64,000 nt of DNA from Octopus vulgaris (GCA_951406725.2 OX597828.1:46934001-46998000); one strand, 5' to 3'; counted from the stretch's first letter, positions 1-11,128 are shown. Program-made: numbers and translations. The notes: generated from the letters alone by a model not told the origin.

Positions 1-355
1 ATCTATATATATATATATATATGCCTATATATGTACATATATATACATATGTGTGTGTATGTGTGCGTGTGTGTATAAATGCATGTATGTATCTACATAC
101 ACACACACACACGCACGCACACACATACGTACATATCATACTACGGGTATTCCTGTAGAATGTATGTATGGGTGGTTATAACCGGATAGTTGTATATGTG
201 CTTGTCTCGGTGTTACGTGTCTGAATGTGTAGGTCGGTGCCCTGTGGTGTCGCTGTGTGCAGTTATTGTGAATGTAAATATTTTTATTGATATTATATAA
301 TGAGGAAATAAGTGGAAACAAAAAGCTACTTCAATAATTGAATAACACAAGTATG

Positions 356-414
<59 letters not shown>

Positions 415-507
415 CACACACCATACTACACATGCATTTATTACATATAAGGGTGAATACACAACACACACACACATATATATACAAATGCATGTATTTA
501 TGTATAG

Positions 508-665
508 AGGCGTAGGAGTGGCTGTGTGGTAAGTAGCTTGCTTACGAACGACATGGTTCCGGGTTCAGTCCCATTGTGTGGCACCTTGGGTAAGTATCTT
601 CTACTATAGCCTCGAGCCGACCAAAGAGTGGATTTGGTAGACGGAAACTGAAAGAAGCCCGTCGT
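508..665 (+). mobile_element. tRNA-derived SINE, family A (5' half)
   Basis: Head AGGCGTAGGAGTGGCTGTGTGGTAAG (A-box-like), GGGTTCAGTCCC (B-box-like) and CORE-like CACCTTGGGTAAGT; matches full copies at 14804 and 35403; ends in TA microsatellite. Confidence 0.85.
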
Positions 666-731
666 ATGCATGTATACATATATATATTTATATATATATA
701 TATATAAATACATATATATATATATATATAT

Positions 732-1083
732 ACTCTTTTACTTGTTTCAGTCATTTTGACTGCGGCCATGCTGGAGCACCACCTTTTAGTACTTATTCTA
801 TCGGTCTCTTTTTGCCGAACCGCTAAGTGACGGGGACCTAAACACACCAGCATCGGTTGTCAAGCAATGCTAGGGGGACAAACACAGACACACAAACACA
901 CACACATATACATATATATATATATATACGACAGGCTTCTTTCAGTTTCCGTCTACCAAATCCACTCACAAGGCATTGGTCGGCCCGGGGCTATAGCAGA
1001 AGACACTTGCCCAAGATGCCACGCAGTGGGACTGAACCCGCAACCGTGTGGTTGGTTAGCAAGCTACTTACCACACAGCCACT
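732..1083 (-). mobile_element. SINE family A, near full-length with internal deletion
   Basis: Reverse complement of the family A head, internal (TA/CA)n and tail (ACTCTTTTACTTGTTTCAGTCATTT on +). Confidence 0.9.
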
Positions 1084-1106
1084 ATATATATATATATATA
1101 TATATA

Positions 1107-1256
1107 TAATTATTATAAATGAGGGTGAAAAATCGATATTAATTTAATAATACCGTCAATTTAACACCAAGTGGCTTAGCACAAAAAACTACGGAGAAAA
1201 TACAAATTTATACATAAATTATTAGAGAGTTATCCACTATGTGGATAACTCTCTAA

Positions 1257-1261
<5 letters not shown>
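1107..1261. mobile_element. TA-embedded small element with terminal 21-bp perfect hairpin
   Basis: AATTATTAGAGAGTTATCCAC-tat-GTGGATAACTCTCTAATAATT (1217-1261); (TA)n on both sides; its first ~80 nt resemble 30580-30660. Confidence 0.55.
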
Positions 1262-1314
<53 letters not shown>

Positions 1315-1342
1315 TACACATATACATATATATATATATGTG

Positions 1343-1649
1343 TGTGTATCTGTGTTTTCCCCCCCCGCCAACATCACCTGACAACCGACGCTTGTGTGTT
1401 TACGTCCCCTTATTCTTTGTAAGTAAGTCTAGTACTTATTCTATCGGTCTCTTTTGCCGAACCGCTAGGCTACGGGGACGTAAACACACAAGCGTCGGTT
1501 GTCAGGTGATGTTGGCGGGGGGGGGGGGCAAACACAGATACACAAACATATATATATATAAGTCTTGGCGTCGATTTGCTCGACTAAAAGGTGGTGCTCC
1601 AGCATGGACACAGTCAAATGACTGAAACAAGTAAAAGAGTAAAAGAGTA
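1343..1649. mobile_element. SINE family A 3' half with internal inverted duplication
   Basis: Order X, rc(Y), rc(X), Z relative to intact copies; inverted arms 1343-1409 and 1474-1544. Confidence 0.8.
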
Positions 1650-2114
1650 TATGCATATATATGTATGTGTATGCAGGCGTGTATTCCTGGTCATCGTATC
1701 TTTCTGTCTATCTAACTGTCTATTAATCTATGTAGCCATATATTTACGTGTTCTATCTCTCTATTTGTCAATCTATCTCTATACGTTTCTTCCTATTTGC
1801 CTCTCTCTCTCTCGTTCTACACACACACATGTTTATTCGTCTATTAGCCTGTTCGCATGAAATATCCCCCGCACAGCCTAATCTCCTCTAGTGTCTCCTC
1901 GCACCGCTACCCCTCGACTAGTCCCAACAGTAGAAATACTATTATTAATTACATCAGCAAACCAGTTACTAATACGTATTCTACACGTATCAGTGTTCTC
2001 GATTTGGGTGACTTAGGCGAGTTCTTCCGAAATATAATCCAGCGGGGGTATGACTAAAACTGAATTCGTGTTAATCAGGAAGTAAACAGCGGATTAGTGT
2101 GACTAACGGTAATT

Positions 2115-2937
2115 ATTTGTTTCACATTTTGGCACAAACCAGCAAGTTCGGGGTAAAGAGTAAGTTGATTACATGGTCCCTAGTGCTCGACTGGTACCAG
2201 TGCTCAACTGGTACATATTTTAGAAACCCCGAAAAGATGAAAGGCAAAGTCGACCTTCGCGGAATTTGGACTCAGAACGTGAAGGCTGTCAAAATGCTGT
2301 TAAGCATTTCGCCCGGCGAGTTAACATTTCTTATTTCTTTACGGCCCACAAGGGGCTAAATATAGAGGGGACAAACAAGGACAGACAAATGGATTAAGTC
2401 GATTATATCGACACCAGTGCGTAACTGGTACTTAATTTATCGACCCCGAAAGATTGAAAGGCAAAGTCGACCTCGGTGGAATTTGAACTCAGACGAAATA
2501 CCTATTTCTTTACTACCCACAAGGGGCAAAAAAGGAGGACAAACAAGGACAGACAAACCCACAGAGAGGATAAACAAGGACAGACAAACGGATTAAGTCG
2601 ATTATATTGACCCTAGTGCGTAACTAGTATTTATTTAATCGACCCCGAAAGGATGAAAGGCAAAATCGACCTCGGTGGAATTTGAACTCAGAACGTTGTG
2701 GCAAACGAAATACGTATTTCATTACTACCCACAAGGGGCTAAACACAGAGGGGACAAACAAGGATAGACAAACGGATTAAGTCGATAATATCGACACCAG
2801 TGCGTAAGTGGTACTTATTTAATCGACCCCGAAAGGTAAAGTCGACCTTGGCGGAATTTGAGCTCAGAACGTAACGGCAGACGAAATACTGCTAAGCATT
2901 TCACCCGGCGTGCTAACGATTCTGCCAGCTTGCCGCC
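2115..2937 (-). mobile_element. SINE family B head-to-tail multimer (about 4 units)
   Basis: Repeated blocks rc(GTCGACTTTGCCTTTCATCCTTTCGGGGTCGATAAATTAAGTACCAG) and rc(AGCCCCTTGTGGGTAGTAAAGAAATA); the full GGCGGC head occurs once, ending at 2937. Confidence 0.85.
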
Positions 2938-3067
2938 TTCACTGACGGTAAACAATAATAAGAATAATATCCCGGCATTTAATTTATTGAAACTCAGGTT
3001 CAAACCTAGGTTTTGTAGTCGTTTCATCAGAGATAATACTAGCAAAGATTTAGATTTATTTATATAC

Positions 3068-3477
3068 ATGACTGAGTGGTTAAGCAACTTGCTTTGCAAT
3101 GAAGTGGCTTCGAGTTCAATTTCTCTGCGCAGTACGTTGAGCAAGAATCTTCTATTATAACCCCGAGTCGACATAAAGTGTTGTGAGTGAATTTGGTAGA
3201 TAGAGACAGTATGCAAACCCGTTGTATATGTATGTGTGTATGAATGTGTGTTTGTATGTATGTATGTATGTATGAATGAATGAATGTATGTATGTATCTA
3301 TGTATACTTTACTCTCTTTTACTTTGCTCAGTCATTTGACTCCGGCCATGCTGGAGCACCACCTTTAGTCGAGCATATGGACCCCAGGACTTATTCTATC
3401 GGTGTATTTTGCCGAACCGTTAAGTTACAGGGACGCAAACATACCAGGACCGGTTGTCAAGCGATGTTGGAGGGACA

Positions 3478-3480
<3 letters not shown>
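3068..3480. mobile_element. Two degenerate SINE A fragments (+ head ~3068-3225; - tail ~3307-3480)
   Basis: Diverged matches to the family A head and tail, separated by (TATG)n. Confidence 0.7.
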
Positions 3481-3521
<41 letters not shown>

Positions 3522-3588
3522 AATAGGCTTGGTTTTAAAATATACACATATGTAAGTACGTACGTATGTATGTATTATGTATGCATGT

Positions 3589-3657
<69 letters not shown>

Positions 3658-3711
3658 CAGATAGATAGTGTCCGTAAGTATGACGGATGTATGAAAAAGT
3701 AGACGTGTGTC

Positions 3712-3755
<44 letters not shown>

Positions 3756-3779
3756 AATGCCCGAGTTCACTTCAGAAAG

Positions 3780-4037
3780 TTAAAGAACCTCGGAGCCAAA
3801 GGCCAACAGACATTTTGAGTTGTTTAATCAGGTCCATTAGAATGTGACTCTTTGTGTCAGTAGAAGCCATTGTGAAGAAACTTGGGAAACGCAAGCACAG
3901 GAGCGCCCTGTCAGACGAAGAAACTGCACAGAAGAGGATTGCAGGGATACAAAGAAAACGCGAATTGAGCAAGGCCAGGGCCAGCACATTTCCTTCAGTC
4001 TCCGTAGACCACCAGTGCCCGAACTGCAGAAGAGCAG
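3780..4037 (+). mobile_element. Degenerate 3' end of RTE-clade LINE ORF
   Basis: Adjacent frames give WETQAQERPVRR (like the RTE WExxAxDRxxWR motif) and KRIAGIQRKRELSKAR...HQCPNCRR (C-terminal Cys motif); followed by (CAT)/(TAT)n. Confidence 0.55.
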
Positions 4038-4047
4038 GTCATCATCA

Positions 4048-4096
<49 letters not shown>

Positions 4097-4099
4097 GGC

Positions 4100-4345
4100 G
4101 ACGAGGTGGCAAAATCGATACTTGGCAGTTGTTCTCAAGGCAGCTGTTTTTGGTCCGGTCTTCCGAGGGTGGATTGCTGCTTTATACAGCGGTATCTGCT
4201 CGATTATACGAGTGAACGGTCACTTGTCGGAGCCGTTCAGCATCTTCTGTTCGCCAAGGATGCCCTCTCTCCTCCATTCTCTACCTATTGACTCTCAAGC
4301 CATTACTGCGGAAGTTGGAGGCTTTGAAGAGTGTCCCGCGTGATC
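4100..4345 (+). mobile_element. L1/Tx1-like reverse transcriptase fragment (frameshifted)
   Basis: FGPVFRGWIAALYSGICSIIRVNGHLSEPFSI then, in another frame, RQGCPLS: the typical RT domain 3-4 region of L1/Tx1 elements. Confidence 0.7.
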
Positions 4346-4593
4346 GGATACACCGTGCGTCATCCTCTTCGCCCTTGGGATGTCCTTTGTCATCTTCGAA
4401 AACGACAGACGAAGAAATAATAATTATTATTATCATTGTTCTTTTTAAAGGTTTTTAACTGACTGAACCAGCCCTATCCCCCAACATTTCAGGCCTTGTG
4501 TAAGAAGATTCATTTTTGTAGTTGTTCTTATTATTTCTGTCGAAGTAGACGCGCTTCACAATTCGCTCTCCTAAGTATAGTAACTTATTAGAT

Positions 4594-4897
4594 CAGGGCC
4601 GGCGAACCGGAGTAAATTGCCCCAAGTGGGGGAAAAATTAAATTCTTGGCTGTAATGAGGACTCATTAGACACAAGCAAATTTATGTAAAAACGTGTTCC
4701 TTTTTACGACAGAAGTTTTTCTTCTGGCAACACTGCATCTGTGACGGGCGTGTTTAGGAGACGCCATGCCAAATGGATCCAAGAAACCTTTTAAAGTCAA
4801 AGAATCTATGATTTTCTTCTTTTCAAATCAAGGGGGTAACGTTGGCGTAAATAAATATATTTGGGGGTAATTGGTTAAAAACGTTATCCGACCCCTG
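4594..4897. mobile_element. Non-autonomous hAT-type DNA transposon (MITE)
   Basis: Imperfect TIRs CAGGGCCGGCGAAC / GTTATCCGACCCCTG; exact 8-bp TSD TATTAGAT at 4586-4593 and 4898-4905. Confidence 0.85.
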
Positions 4898-4938
4898 TAT
4901 TAGATGAAATAGAGTTTATACTGATAAGAATGATGTTT

Positions 4939-5242
4939 TGTTGTGTCTGGGGAGAGTCCTTTTCTTTTTGTGCCTTATAATTTAACACACTCACCGGTAA
5001 AATTTCCACTTATTTCTTATTTTTATTTTCCTAAAATTTTCGTTGCGTCTTCCAACCTTTTCAATAGTCTTGATTGGTGCTTTATTTTATTGACACCGGT
5101 GGAATAGTCAAGACTATTGAAAAGGTTGCAAGATGCAACGAAAATTTTAGGAAAATAAAAATAAGAAATAAGTGGAAATTTTACCGGTGAGTGTCTTAAA
5201 TTATAAGGCACAAAAAGAAAATGACTCTCCCCAGACACAACA
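4939..5242. mobile_element. Fold-back element (135-bp arms) with hammerhead-like variant core
   Basis: Arms 4939-5073 and 5108-5242 are near-perfect reverse complements with a 34-nt spacer; motif cta-TTGAAAA-G-GTTGC-aagat-GCAAC-GAAA-AT-TT-tag at 5114-5150. Confidence 0.7.
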
Positions 5243-5865
5243 GAATATGCTTCAACACACGAACTCATATAAAGAATCTTGCAAACAAAATCCAAAAACG
5301 AAATAGAATAATGTTCGTTTTTCATTTTGGGACAAAATTAAATTTTTTTTCTTACACATTTCCTACGAAATTGGCCAAGAGGATGTCCCCCGGCCACGCC
5401 TCTGACTGATAGAAATACTGCAAATGTACAAAATAATACCTTTCACAAACAGAAAACAGAATGCTCCACAGTATTTAGGAAGAATATACACAAGGGTCGC
5501 CGTCAAATATATCGATGAGAAATTCGGCTCTTGACTTGGGTTCTCCTTCGTGATATAACATACGCAGGTCGTCATTGCAAATGTAACATTAGTGAACATG
5601 AGATCACAATGGATATATAAGAATCCATAGATCCCGCAAGTTCACAAAAGGATACCATAACTGTGTCATGTAGAGGATGTTGAGAAGAAGGTCCTAAAGT
5701 TCAACATCCAGGGTAAACGATTCTACTCAGCTGTTACAAAAGTGCAGCAAATCCTATCTGAACGCTTCAAGGATAGAAAGTCCAACAGAACAAAACCGCA
5801 ACAAATCGGCTATGTTTTCAATCCTAGGAAAACACCAGTCGATAAATGACATTTCCCCGTCCGGT

Positions 5866-6097
5866 GGAGGTGCATATGGTTTAGTGGTTAGAGTGTTAGA
5901 CTCATGATCGTAAGGTCGTAGTTTCGATTCCTGGAAAGAGCAACGCGTTGTGTTCTTTAGCAAAGCACTTCATTTCACGCTGATCCAGTTCACTTGGCTG
6001 GTGAAAATGAGTAATCCTGTGATGGACCGGCGTTTCGTCCATGGAGGGGAATATATACGCCAGAGAAAACGAGAAACCGGCCGTATGCTCCTTACGG
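5866..6097 (+). mobile_element. tRNA-derived SINE, family C (diverged)
   Basis: tRNA-like head TGGTTTAGTGGTTAGAGTG...GTTTCGATTCCTGG, then a CORE-like TTGTGTTCTTTAGCAAAGCAC; head related to the copy at 21265-21600. Confidence 0.7.
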
Positions 6098-6818
6098 AGT
6101 AATGTGAATAAACCAACCATAACCTTTTCCAGTAACGACCTGTATAACCCAAAACCCACTTTTCCCAACTACAACCACCGAAGAGTAGAAAAGTCATTTA
6201 CAGAAACAACAGTAACTAATAATGAATGACCAGGAAGTACCCCCGCAAAGTAACACCATCCTATCTACTTAGGAGGATGGGGACCAGACGGAGGTGAGGA
6301 GTAGGAGCACACTTCCTCAAATGTAAAAAAATGGAAAATATGAAAACCAGCTAAAAAAATAAAAAAATTTAATAAGGCGAGGCCGTGTAGATCTCCAAGG
6401 AAAACTCTTCCTGCGTAGAAAAAAACACTCAACTTATGAAGGAGAAACAAATGTCCTTTGAGGAAAAACCAGCCAGTCACTCCCCATCTGCTCGGGACGA
6501 AATGGAATTTCCAACCTCTTCGCTAGAGCAGCGAAGATCCAATCGAAATACGGATCTAGAAGGAAACGAAATCACATCCTAAACAGAATTAAAAACGAAA
6601 GAATAATGGTTCAAATCTGAGATGAACTTTACGAAGTATTTATATCTTGAGGATCTGGAAACATTTGGCGCCCTCACTTGCCCAACAGAACACAAGCACT
6701 CCTTTGCTGAAGAGTTCGAAATGTCCAACCACGAACAAACGTGCAACACCCTAGTCAACTTAACTGAAGGTTTACATTTTTTTTATATATATAAATATTT
6801 CCTTTTAATTTTCCCAGA

Positions 6819-7135
6819 CCGGGCGTTGTGAGTGTTTATTGAGCGAAAACACCTAAAAGCTCCACGAGGCTCCGGCAGGGCATGGTGGTAATCCCTGCTG
6901 TATTCTTTCACCACAACTTTCTCTCACTGTTTCTTCCTGTTTCTGTTGTACCTGTATTTCAAAGGGCGGGCCTTGTCACTCTCTGTGTCACGCTGAATAT
7001 CCCCGAGAACTACGTTAAGGGTACACGTGTCTGTGGAGTGCTCAGCCACTTACACGTTAATTTCACGAGCAGGCTGTTCCGTTGATTCGGATCAACCGGA
7101 ACCCTCGTCGTCGTAACCGAAGGAGTGCTTCCATA
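6819..7135 (+). repeat. Probable dispersed retroposon fragment
   Basis: GC-richer block that I recall as a common octopus interspersed repeat; no second copy in the window, so support is weak. Confidence 0.3.
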
Positions 7136-7324
7136 CCATCCATCTCTTCGAGTTTCTGTAACTAACATAAATAGATTCTGGGTTCAAACTCCACTGGTGT
7201 CAATAAAATAAAGCACCAGTTAATTTTATTGGTGTGATCGGTTAACCCTCTTCCCCAGAAACCGCTGGTTGTGAGCCTAAATCAGAAACGATTATTATTT
7301 AATGATTAGTTATCCGAGAATAAA

Positions 7325-7520
7325 GAACTGGCAGAATCGTCTGCGCGTTGGGCGGAATATTTTTTGGCATTTATTCTGTTAATTTGCATTCTGATTTCAA
7401 ATCCCCGCGAGGTCTTCTTTGCCTTTCATCGTTTCGGGTCAATAAAATTATATACTGGGGTCTATGTTTTCGACATACTGCTCACCCCAAAATTATTCGC
7501 CTTGTGCCTATATCAGAAAC
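7325..7520 (+). mobile_element. Old SINE family B variant
   Basis: GAACTGGCAGAATCG head and TTTGCCTTTCATCGTTTCGGGTCAATAAA core, diverged. Confidence 0.7.
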
Positions 7521-7672
7521 TTTTGAAAACAAATATAAACACAAAGGTATAGTTTTGAAGTCTAATATAACATAAAGTTATACAACTCTATATCCTCTGA
7601 TAGTTAATGGGATATTCAATGTATTTTAATTTATCTTGGTATCAGTTTATCTCTAATACAGTTATTTTGCAG

Positions 7673-7728
7673 ACGAAGCTGAAAAAAACTTTGCACAGAT
7701 GGCTCACCTTGTATGTGAACCATAACCA
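7673..7728 (+). other. Candidate 56-nt internal exon
   Basis: Branch-like CTCTAAT, acceptor TTATTTTGCAG| and strong donor CA|GTAAGT in non-repetitive sequence; no homology evidence. Confidence 0.3.
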
Positions 7729-8176
7729 GTAAGTATCATAGTTGTAAAGTAGTTATACTGACTGATAAACGGAGCTTATCAGTGAGGTTTTGGCACTAGG
7801 CGGGGTGTTGTGACTAAATATGTTAGTTACAAGCATTGCGAAAGGAAGGAAATAAAGGTTTAATCATTTGATAATGATTTCTGAGGTAATACGCACAAGA
7901 CCACACAAATTATCTGATACGGGTTGGGTGTTGATGGTCAAATTGATCACATTATTTGAGTTCTCTTTATTTTATCGACTCTACAAGAATGCAAAACGAA
8001 ATTCACCCTTCATCATATTCTCTTAAAAGTACACAGCTTCTTCCCACATTCAGTAGTATGACTCAGCTACAATATAATGCAGTCTTGAGTAAGGCTATCA
8101 CCGTGGTCGACAGCCTGCTTGCGGTAGGTTTATAACTGCCAGCTATCATTAAATAACCTATATCTATATCTATAAA

Positions 8177-8408
8177 GGCGGCGAGCTGGCAGAAGCGTTA
8201 GCGCTCTGGGCGAAATGCTTAGCGGTATTTCGTCTGTCGTTACGTTCTGAGTTCAAATTCCGCTGAGGTCGACTTTGCCTTTCATCCTTTCGGGGTCGAT
8301 AAATTAAGTACCAGTTACGCACTGGGGTTGATGTAATCAACTTAATCCCTTTGTCTGTCCTTGTTTGTCCCCTCTATGTTTAGCCCCTTGTGGGCAGTAA
8401 AGAAATAT
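8177..8408 (+). mobile_element. SINE family B, full-length
   Basis: GGCGGCGAGCTGGCAGAA head, GAGTTCAAATTCC B-box, tail AGCCCCTTGTGGGCAGTAAAGAAATA; TATATCTAT on both flanks. Confidence 0.9.
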
Positions 8409-9419
8409 ATATCTATTTGTGCACAACACAACGTGAATAAAAACTAAAATGAATCAATGAGGAGCTGTCAAAATTCAAAATATAAATTAGGTTATTCACC
8501 AGCGCTAGCATAATTTATGACTACTTTATATAGCAGCTAGCCTATACTCTTGATTGGGAAAGCTGAGTATGTTTTCCCTGAGGAGCGGTTAGCAAACCGT
8601 AAAGTGATCCGTCAAGAGACTGCTTTGTTCTTTTTCCAAATATTAGTAGTATAGAAAGAATGTGTTTACATTCATATTTAATGCATAGTGAGATTTTAAT
8701 ATTTAAATATATTACTGTTCTCTTACTAGTAATTTTATTTCAAATCATCAATTAATAGAGATTGTTAAACTTCACACAAGGCTATGTGTTGGGGTGGTGC
8801 TACTGTAAATGATGAAGCTTTCTGATATTTCGCTTTCCGCCCTTGTTATAGGAGACACCATCTCCTTTTTCATTGTCACCGTTGTTTGTTCCTCGGGGAA
8901 GAACTTCAAGGCTCTCCTGCTTAGCTCTTGCAAATGAGGACAAGACGGTCTTTTACGATGATTCCTTAGATGCACCCACTATTTCCTTACGCCGGCGTCA
9001 TGTCTTAGAAGTTGTAGCCTCTGCACTTTGATATTGCTGGCTTTTTCTCTTTTTTACACCGTCCGAGAAGAAAGCCTTTAAATGGCTTTTACTTCTACAT
9101 GCCTAAAATTTAAACTTTCTTCTCTGAATGTTCATTCTTATCGTCATCCTCTTCACCACCATCTCTACAGGGTTTATCTCCGTTTCTTTTATGTTTTCTC
9201 AAGTTCACGATGATATGAGTATTCTTGGTGACTCTACTCCGAGAACATGTCACCGAAGCTTGACTACTTCCTCTATATTGTGCCACAAAAGTGACTATGA
9301 TCCAGAAGTTAGTACTGTAGTCGAAGTTTTTGGTCCTTGATGGTGATCTATATTTTGTGGGATTAGTTTATTGGACTATACGTGGTCTTGCAACTCTCTT
9401 TACAATTGAACAAGCGCTT

Positions 9420-9690
9420 TGTTTTTTACTTTAGTAAATGTTTGTACAATGCTTCTAATTGGTGGCAATACATCTCTGCATTAACTGTTTCGCTTTGGTT
9501 TAGCACTTCATGATGGACTATAGCTTTCATACCCGGCCAAACACAGAGCATTACATTTCGGAGTGTAGACCTGGTTTGGAGATGGATCCTCCTGTTTCAT
9601 TGTCGTTTTCACTGGATATAATTAAAGAGAACCTTTTCGTCACATGTGATGATTCCACCTGGGAAAAGTTCGAGCTCAGCAACAAGGTTT
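9420..9690 (-). pseudogene. Mariner (Tc1/mariner) transposase relic
   Basis: Minus strand reads IITCDEK ... VMLCVWPGMKAIVHHEVLNQSETVNAEMYCHQLEAL, the mariner catalytic-domain region, with stops. Confidence 0.8.
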
Positions 9691-10353
9691 AATAACTTGA
9701 AAAACCTATACAAAACGTACTAAATTTTTCACAAACTATCAACCACAAGCACACAAAAGGTACACCAAGCAACATGCATCCATGTGTTTCAATAAAATCC
9801 AAATTCACCGAACGCAGTGATTCACATCTGTTCAAATTACAGATGTGAATCTGTTAATAATGAGCTGAGGGCAACTCTTTGGCTAAGCTGAGAAGCAGTC
9901 AAATGATAAAGGAATCACTGACCATGCTAAAACATAATTCCTAGTTCATGAAGGTGTTTTATGACTAAACATTGACTGTTTCGCTAAAGGTCATGCAGTC
10001 TTCTTTGGCTTTTCCTGGGCTATAATTGTCGGAAGCACAATACTGACAGAACACGGATGGCTATTCAAAGGCAATCTACGAGAGATGAAATCCCGAGTGA
10101 AACTGGTCTAACCGTCTGTTAGCATGTTCGAACTAAAAGCTAAATTCCTCTCGACAGAACGAATTCTTGCCTGTCCCATTATGAAGTGCCCTACTTTGAA
10201 TTCACACAGCATACAGTATCTGACAAGCAATCTGCAAAGAAAGAAAAAAGGCGCAACAATGTAAAAAGTAATCTTTATTCCACTATAAGTATTGAAAAAG
10301 TATCCCACGAATCGATCATGCCAAAAATGATCCATAGTTTATTTTCCAATACA

Positions 10354-10388
<35 letters not shown>

Positions 10389-10506
10389 CGCGCGCACAGG
10401 CCTTGAGAATGCCGTGTTAACATGTATTTTCGAAATAATTATTCAATTGCATTTCCTAAATCTATATCTGTTAATACAATAGAAACAATTGTCAACTTTA
10501 TAATGA

Positions 10507-10552
<46 letters not shown>

Positions 10553-10556
10553 AAAT

Positions 10557-10632
<76 letters not shown>

Positions 10633-10659
10633 GTATACCTAATACATTTCTATATTTAA

Positions 10660-10868
10660 GAGATGAGGAATTATGTACATTATTTACATTTGACGGATAT
10701 TTGACCACATCTTCTATCTTGTTAACACGAAATTTCGGTTGATATACCTCCAGCCTTCATCAGGTGTCTTGGGGAACTTTCCCCAAGACATCTGATGAAG
10801 GCTGGAGGGTATATAAGCCGAAATGTTGTGTTAACAAATATCCGTCAAACATAAATAATGTAAATAAT
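10660..10868. mobile_element. TA-embedded fold-back element with hammerhead-like core (Penelope pLTR-like)
   Basis: Palindrome centred on GGGGAA-ct-TTCCCC (10771-10784); gacat-CTGATGA-A-GGCT-12 nt-AGCC-GAAA-TGTT-gtgtt at 10787-10832; (TA)n on both sides. Confidence 0.75.
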
Positions 10869-10875
10869 ATATACC

Positions 10876-10933
<58 letters not shown>

Positions 10934-11077
10934 TATATATATATGGCCTGCTCACTTAGCCAGCGGGGTGGCATCATTCGAAGGCTAAAACAGTGCGAAC
11001 GCATTGTGACCAGCGATGTGTAACAACATCTGATGGTCTGGTCGGTCACGTGATATATATATACATGTATATATATT

Positions 11078-11128
<51 letters not shown>

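Noticed and set aside
5866-5940. tRNA gene-like sequence (also ~21530-21600 and SINE A heads)
   Set aside because: A/B boxes are present but there is no complete cloverleaf, and each continues into a SINE body.
8770-9340. Possible degraded coding sequence (also 5430-5760, 6230-6780, 57050-57350)
   Set aside because: Higher-complexity sequence, probably old transposon debris, but no recognisable motif in any frame I read.
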